Part shown: in pieces, positions 58,967 to 64,000 of the stretch
How the letters are laid out: each line of letters starts with the position of its first letter
Numbering within the stretch: position 1 is the first letter of the stretch
Source of the DNA: an uncultured Cyanobium sp.
GTDB lineage: Bacteria; Cyanobacteriota; Cyanobacteriia; PCC-6307; Cyanobiaceae
Length of the DNA stretch: 64,000 bases
Reading direction: 5' to 3'
Assembly (NCBI GenBank): GCA_964402615.1
Contig: CAYOCW010000001.1
Location: forward strand, 5,100-69,099
Made by a program: the position numbers and the translations under genes
The notes under the pieces: generated by a model
What the model saw: the letters and a program-made list of their open reading frames with translations, nothing else
Databases searched by the model: none
What the model was told of the DNA's origin: nothing

Positions 58967-60403
58967 TCAAAGGGTTGGCAGCAGCGGAATCAACCGCTCC
59001 AGGGCCACGCCACGGCTCGCCTTGAGCAGCACCACATCGCCGGGATCCAACCAGGCGCGCAATGGCTCCAACGCCTGCTCCGGTTGACACACCCGCGCCA
59101 AGCGCGGCAGCCCCGTCGCCGCGGCGTGCATCGCCTCCCCCTCGGCTCCGGCCGCCACGATCACGAGCCCGTCCAGCCCCAGATCACGAGCTCGCTCGGC
59201 CACCTGACGATGCAGCTCCAGGGAGCGCTCCCCCAACTCCAGCATGGTGCCCAGCACCGCGTAACGCCGCCCTGTGGCCGGCTCTGCGGCCAGCAGCTCC
59301 AGGGCCGCCAGCACCGCCTCCGGCGAGGCGTTGTAGGTCTCGTCCAAGAGGGTGAGGGCACCTCGCCGCTGCCGGCGGCTGCGACCGCCGGGCAGCTCGG
59401 CTTCCAGTTCGGACAGAGCCTGCCGCGGCACGCCCAGCTCCTCGGCCACCGCCAGGGCCAGGAGCAGGTTGCGGGCATTGTGGCGTCCGGCCAGCGGCAA
59501 GCGCAGCAGCGGCCAGCCGCAGATGCGCAGCGGCGCTCCGGCCGCCACGTCGGCACCGCTGGCCGCGGCGCCCGGCTCCAGTGCGCCGACCAGATCGGCC
59601 GGTGGCAGGTCGGTGCCATGGGTGGACTGTTCATCGGCCAGGGCCACCCGCCGCACCCGGCCCGACCAGACGCTGGCCAGGACGCGCTCCAGCAGCGGAT
59701 CGCCCGCTGGAACCACCAGCGTGCCGGCCGTTGGCAACCCGCGCACGATCTCGCATTTGGCGCTGGCGATCGCCTCACGGCTACCCAGACGACCGAGGTG
59801 GGCGGTGCCGATGTTGGTGATCACCGCCAGATCGGGCTCGGCGCAGAGGCTGAGCCGTTCGATCTCGCCCAGACCGCGCATGCCCATTTCCACCACCAGG
59901 GCGGCGGTGCTGTCGTCAGTGCGCAGCACGGTCAGCGGCACACCGATGTCGTTGTTGTCGTTGCCGCTGCTGGCGACCACCGGACCGAGGGGGCTGAGGG
60001 CGGCGCAGGCCAGCCCGCGGGCGGCGGTCGTCCCCGCCGAGCCGGGGATCGCCACGACGGGGACCGGTCGGCGGCGGCGCCAGGGCCGTGCGAGCTGCTG
60101 CTAGGCCAGCTGGGTATCGAGGACGGGCCAGATCGGACGCCCGACGCGGCGGCTGAAGCCGACCAGCTCCTCGGGGGCCAAGCGTTGCTGTTGCACTACG
60201 GCAGCGATCGCGCCGGCGGCAAAGGCGGCGTCCAGAAACGCATGGCCGTCGAATCGCTCCCCCACCAGCGGCACGAACAGGGTTCCTCGCAGGTCCTGGC
60301 GCGTGTCGGTTCCGACCGCGGCGATCGGCTGCCCCCGCCAGTGGTGATCGCTGGCGATCGGTTCACCCCAGAGCTCCACCAGCTGGTCGGGCAGCAGACT
60401 CAT
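58967..60403 (-). pseudogene. murF: UDP-MurNAc-tripeptide--D-Ala-D-Ala ligase, interrupted by an in-frame TAG (probable sequencing error)
   Basis: DTR..LFVPLVGERFDGH, NNDIGVPLT, EMGMRG.GEI, DETYNASP, MLELG, LKASRG. Both ORF-track fragments are in one frame, separated by TAG at 60101-60103. Confidence 0.88.
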
Positions 60404-61254
60404 GGTGGCTCTCGGAAGGGCTGGAGCAGGATCATGCCTGAGCCCACCCGGGCCTGCCGCCCCTGCAGCCGGCCTGCCCCATCGATCAGCACAAGTTGGG
60501 CGAATCCCTGCTCGCGGGCCAGCTCCAGCCAGCGATCCGCCCAGGCCTGCCGCGCTGACGCCTCACCGCGATCAAAGGCATGGCCCGGGTACAGCAACAG
60601 CAGGGTGGGATCCTCGCCGTAGGCGACGGCCCGGGGCGGAGCATCGGGCGTGGCATTCCGCAAGAGCGCCAGCAAGGCGTCAGCCGGATCGGGGACCTGG
60701 CTGGCCGAACCCGGCGGTTCGGACTCGGCGGGCGCTGGCAAGGGTTCTGGGTGCAGCGCAACCGACGCGGCCGAGCCACGATCCAGATCAGACCGGACAG
60801 GGGGCGCTGGAGCCAGGCCAGCGATCCCGGCTGCGGCGGGCTCCTCACCCGCCAGCTGCGGTGGCAGAGCCGCCTCGGTCGCCGGGCCGAGCTCAGGCCG
60901 AGCCGCGCCGTCCTGCTGGCTCGCACGGGCGGGTGATTGCCCGTCGGCGGCGCCTGGAGCCGCGCCTGATGGTGTCGCCGCCGGGAGCACGCCATGCCGC
61001 CATGCCAACGGCGCCAGGAGGACGGCGAGGGCCAGGCCCAGCAGCAGAGGCCAGAACCAGGCGGCCAGAGAGGGGGGCCAGAACCGCGGCAGGGGCAAGT
61101 CGGCCGCCGCATTGCGACGCAGCAGCTCGCGCAGCTTCAGCCGCAAGGAGGCCAGCACGGCCTGCAGAGCCTGGCCCAACAGCCGCCAGGGACTGACGTA
61201 GGGAGCCGGCAGGTCGCGACCCGCCGGTTCCGGTCGCGGCGGGGTGGACGCCAC
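60400..61254 (-). CDS. conserved hypothetical membrane protein
   Basis: DLPAPYVSPW, TM WFWPLLLGLALAVLL, C-terminal GRQARVGSGMILL; 4-nt overlap with murF. Confidence 0.65.
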   Translation of the reverse strand: MASTPPRPEPAGRDLPAPYVSPWRLLGQALQAVLASLRLKLRELLRRNAAADLPLPRFWPPSLAAWFWPLLLGLALAVLLAPLAWRHGVLPAATPSGAAPGAADGQSPARASQQDGAARPELGPATEAALPPQLAGEEPAAAGIAGLAPAPPVRSDLDRGSAASVALHPEPLPAPAESEPPGSASQVPDPADALLALLRNATPDAPPRAVAYGEDPTLLLLYPGHAFDRGEASARQAWADRWLELAREQGFAQLVLIDGAGRLQGRQARVGSGMILLQPFREPP

Positions 61255-61274
61255 CGCAGGCGTGAGGCGGCCGG

Positions 61275-62861
61275 TCAGGCCTCGCCGCGACGCAGCAACT
61301 GGGCCAGGCGATTGCGGGGCCGGGCCGTGGCCGTGGCCGGCGCGGCAGCGGAGGGCGCCAGGGCGGCGCCGTCGGCCGCTACGGGCTGAGCGGGCGGCAC
61401 GCCGTTCACCAAGCTTGGGTCTGCACCCTGACCCTGGGAGAAGCGCTCCACCTGTTCCGCATCCGGGGTGGGTTCCTTGACACCGCAGACCTCGCGGTAC
61501 ATGGCGTCGTAGGCGCGGGCCGAGCGGCTCCAGCTGAAATCCTGTCCCATGGCCCGGCGCTGCAGCTCCTGCCAGCTGGCCTGATGCCGGTAGGCCTCCC
61601 AGGAGCGGATGATAGCCGTATAGAAATCAACGGGTTCATAGCGGTCAAAGCCGTAGCCGGTGCCGCTGCCTTCACCGCCCGGCTCGCCGGGGTCGTGCGG
61701 GGGCACCGTATCCACGAGGCCGCCCACGCGTCGCACCACCGGGATGCAGCCGTAGCGCATCGCCAACATCTGGCTGATGCCACAGGGCTCGAAGCGGCTG
61801 GGCATCAAGAAGGCATCGCTACCCGCGTAGATGAGTCGGGACAGCGCATCGTCGTAGGTGAGGAAAACGGCAAACCGGCCGGGATGGCGGGCGGCCATCT
61901 GCCAGAGCCCGGATTCATAGCCGCGGTCGCCCGTGCCAAGCACCACGAACTGGCTGTCGCTGTAGGCCAGCACCCGCTCGGCCACCTGCAACAGCAAATC
62001 TACGCCCTTCTGATCCACCAAGCGGGTCACCATGCCCATCAGATAGGTGCGGGGACTGATCTGCAGCCCAAAGCGCTCCTGCAGGGCCCTCTTGTTGACC
62101 GCTCGACCACTGAGATCAGCTGAGCTGTAATTCGCCACCAACGCTTGATCTGTGGCCGGATCCCAGGATTCGGTATCAATTCCATTGAGAATACCGCGCA
62201 ACTTTCCGCTAACGAAATTGAGCAAGCCGTCAAGTTTTTCGCCGTATTGCGGTGTACGGATTTCATCGGCATAGGTCGGCGAAACAGCGTTGACCCGATC
62301 TGCGTAGAGCAGGGCAGCGGCCATTGTGTGGTCTCCCTGCATATACCAAGGACACCAGGTCATGCGATCCAGCTTCCAACGCCATGGACCCTGATACTTG
62401 AGATTATGAATGGTAAAAACAGTGCTAATCTCCGGATCCTGATGCATCCAAACCGGAATCATTCCAGCGTGCCAGTCATGGCAGTGAATCACCTGGGGCT
62501 TCCAGAAGTTCCAAGCGAATTCTGACGATGCACTGGCAAAGAAAGTGAAGCGCCAATCCTCATCTTCTCCCCCATAGATGCGCTCGGGATCAAACACAGG
62601 ATGGCCCACCAGATAAATCGTTAGGCCGTTGCTCGGATGGCGCGTCTCGTAGATGGCGAAATCGGTGCCCATCGTGTGGCCGCGCCAGATCGGCTCGGCG
62701 CTGATCTGCAGACGGCTCCACAACTTGCCGTAGCCCGGCATGATGATGCGTACGTCGTGACCAAGGGCGCTGAGGGCCGGCGGTAGCGACCCCACCACAT
62801 CGCCCATGCCGCCGACTTTCACCATCGGCGCACATTCAGCCGCGACGAAAAGGATGCGCAT
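61275..62861 (-). CDS. glgA: glycogen synthase
   Basis: [42 protein letters not shown]. Confidence 0.97.
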   Translation of the reverse strand: MRILFVAAECAPMVKVGGMGDVVGSLPPALSALGHDVRIIMPGYGKLWSRLQISAEPIWRGHTMGTDFAIYETRHPSNGLTIYLVGHPVFDPERIYGGEDEDWRFTFFASASSEFAWNFWKPQVIHCHDWHAGMIPVWMHQDPEISTVFTIHNLKYQGPWRWKLDRMTWCPWYMQGDHTMAAALLYADRVNAVSPTYADEIRTPQYGEKLDGLLNFVSGKLRGILNGIDTESWDPATDQALVANYSSADLSGRAVNKRALQERFGLQISPRTYLMGMVTRLVDQKGVDLLLQVAERVLAYSDSQFVVLGTGDRGYESGLWQMAARHPGRFAVFLTYDDALSRLIYAGSDAFLMPSRFEPCGISQMLAMRYGCIPVVRRVGGLVDTVPPHDPGEPGGEGSGTGYGFDRYEPVDFYTAIIRSWEAYRHQASWQELQRRAMGQDFSWSRSARAYDAMYREVCGVKEPTPDAEQVERFSQGQGADPSLVNGVPPAQPVAADGAALAPSAAAPATATARPRNRLAQLLRRGEA

Positions 62862-62960
62862 GGGGAATTGGGCCCTGGGAGCGGGGGCAACTCTACGGGC
62901 TGCCCTTGAGCTGGGCCCGGGCGGATGTGGCGGCGGCGCCGATGGCTTGCTCCGACGCAC

Positions 62961-63686
62961 TCAAGGCAACACGGTCACGGGGGTGCCGATCGAAACCAAC
63001 TCGAACAACTCACGCACGTCTTCGTCGTAGAGCCTGACGCAGCCATGGGAGACGGCGCGCCCCACCGTCCAGCGGTGCGGCGTGCCATGGAAGCCCGCCA
63101 CGACACAGCCCTTGATGTCGAGCGTTTGCTCGCCATCCCAGCCCTTGCGGCCGCGGCAGTCGCGAAAAAAGCCGATCCAGCGGCTGCCGAGCGGGTTGGA
63201 CGGACCGGCCAAATGCAGGCGGCCGGATTGGGGATGCTCCCAGATCGGGTCGCGGGTCTTCTCCAACACCTGAAATTCGCCCACCGGCGTTTCCCAGCCC
63301 GCCATGCCCACCGCCACGCTGAAGCGTCGCCGCTCCTGGTCGTTCTCGATCAACCGCAACAGGCGAGCCTGGCGGTCGAGCACCAAGCGCAGCCGATTGG
63401 CCCGCGGGCCAAGAGTGGAGGCGCCATCGTCCCCAACGGCCGCGGCTCGGGCGAAGCCGTTGGCGGATCCGTTCGGGGGGGCGGCCGATTCGAGGGGCCC
63501 AGCCGCTGGAGCGGGTGGCCGACCAGGCAAGAGCTCAGCGGTTGGCGCCGCGCGGACAGGGGATGGTCCGTGGCAGGCGGCGGCGAGGGCCAGGGGCAGG
63601 CTGAAGAGCGCAGCCCAGGACCGCGCTGCGCAGCTGACCGGTCGCGCCAGCGGGCAGTTGGGAACGGCCACCTGGTTCGGAGTCAA
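62961..63686 (-). CDS. L,D-transpeptidase (YkuD family)
   Basis: VAVG..GWETPVG, NPLGSRWIGF, GFHGT, SHGCVR. Confidence 0.9.
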   Translation of the reverse strand: MTPNQVAVPNCPLARPVSCAARSWAALFSLPLALAAACHGPSPVRAAPTAELLPGRPPAPAAGPLESAAPPNGSANGFARAAAVGDDGASTLGPRANRLRLVLDRQARLLRLIENDQERRRFSVAVGMAGWETPVGEFQVLEKTRDPIWEHPQSGRLHLAGPSNPLGSRWIGFFRDCRGRKGWDGEQTLDIKGCVVAGFHGTPHRWTVGRAVSHGCVRLYDEDVRELFELVSIGTPVTVLP

Positions 63687-63701
63687 CAGGTTATCTCCAG
63701 G

Positions 63702-64000
63702 TCACGGTAACCAAGCCGCATCGGAAAAGTCGGGCGGGCGTTTCTCCAGGAAGGCATTGCGGCCCTCCTGGCCTTCGCTGGTGCGATAGAAGAGATGGGT
63801 GGCCTGGCCCGCCAGCTCCTGAATCCCCGCCAAGCCGTCCGTTTCAGCATTGAAGGCCGCCTTGAGGCAACGGATCGCCGTGGGGCTGTTGCGCAGCACC
63901 TCCCGGGCCCAACTCACGCCCTCGTCCTGCAGGCGCTCCAGCGGCACCACCGCATTGACCAAGCCCATCGCCAGCGCCTCCTGGGCGGAGTAGCGACGGC
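63702..64000 (-). CDS. menB: 1,4-dihydroxy-2-naphthoyl-CoA synthase (3' part; runs off the window)
   Basis: [52 protein letters not shown]. Confidence 0.93.
   Translation of the reverse strand, partial: RRYSAQEALAMGLVNAVVPLERLQDEGVSWAREVLRNSPTAIRCLKAAFNAETDGLAGIQELAGQATHLFYRTSEGQEGRNAFLEKRPPDFSDAAWLP

Noticed and set aside
59955-60105. Diversity-generating retroelement variable region in murF
   Set aside because: No reverse transcriptase or template repeat in the window, some inferred changes (including the stop) are not at adenines, and the target is an essential catalytic motif.

Overview
GC-rich picocyanobacterial chromosome segment (Cyanobium/Synechococcus-like, judged from apcD, chlP, psb32, pxcA, ccsB and gene order). 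It is mostly core genes: pheT-rpmG-rpsR-rnb-metG, pgl-gnd-glgC-hemA-glpX-rpe, lptABF-typA-chlP, phnCDE, murA-argD-folC-ubiD-aroA-glmU-murF-glgA-menB, plus tRNA-Met(CAT) and tRNA-Leu(CAA). No transposase, integrase, CRISPR array or rRNA is evident. The most unusual element is a ~1.39-kb gene-free gap between two convergent genes (3749-5136). It holds five AT-rich clusters of a quasi-palindromic 9-bp box (TGAG[A/T]CTCA-like) spaced mostly 11-12 bp apart, a perfect 14-3-14 palindrome and an 11-4-11 inverted repeat. It lies directly downstream of a gene whose N-terminus (missed by the ORF track) looks like a ribbon-helix-helix DNA-binding module and whose C-terminus is a J-domain. I propose, as inference only, a protein plus cis-array chromosome-organisation (terminus/centromere-like) system. 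Several genes carry lesions: a frameshift in the RHH-J gene, an in-frame deletion in rlmD, a 5-bp duplication in an AraC gene, and a stop plus a degenerate P-loop in murF. Some of these may be assembly errors. Annotations come from motif recognition by eye; no searches were run.
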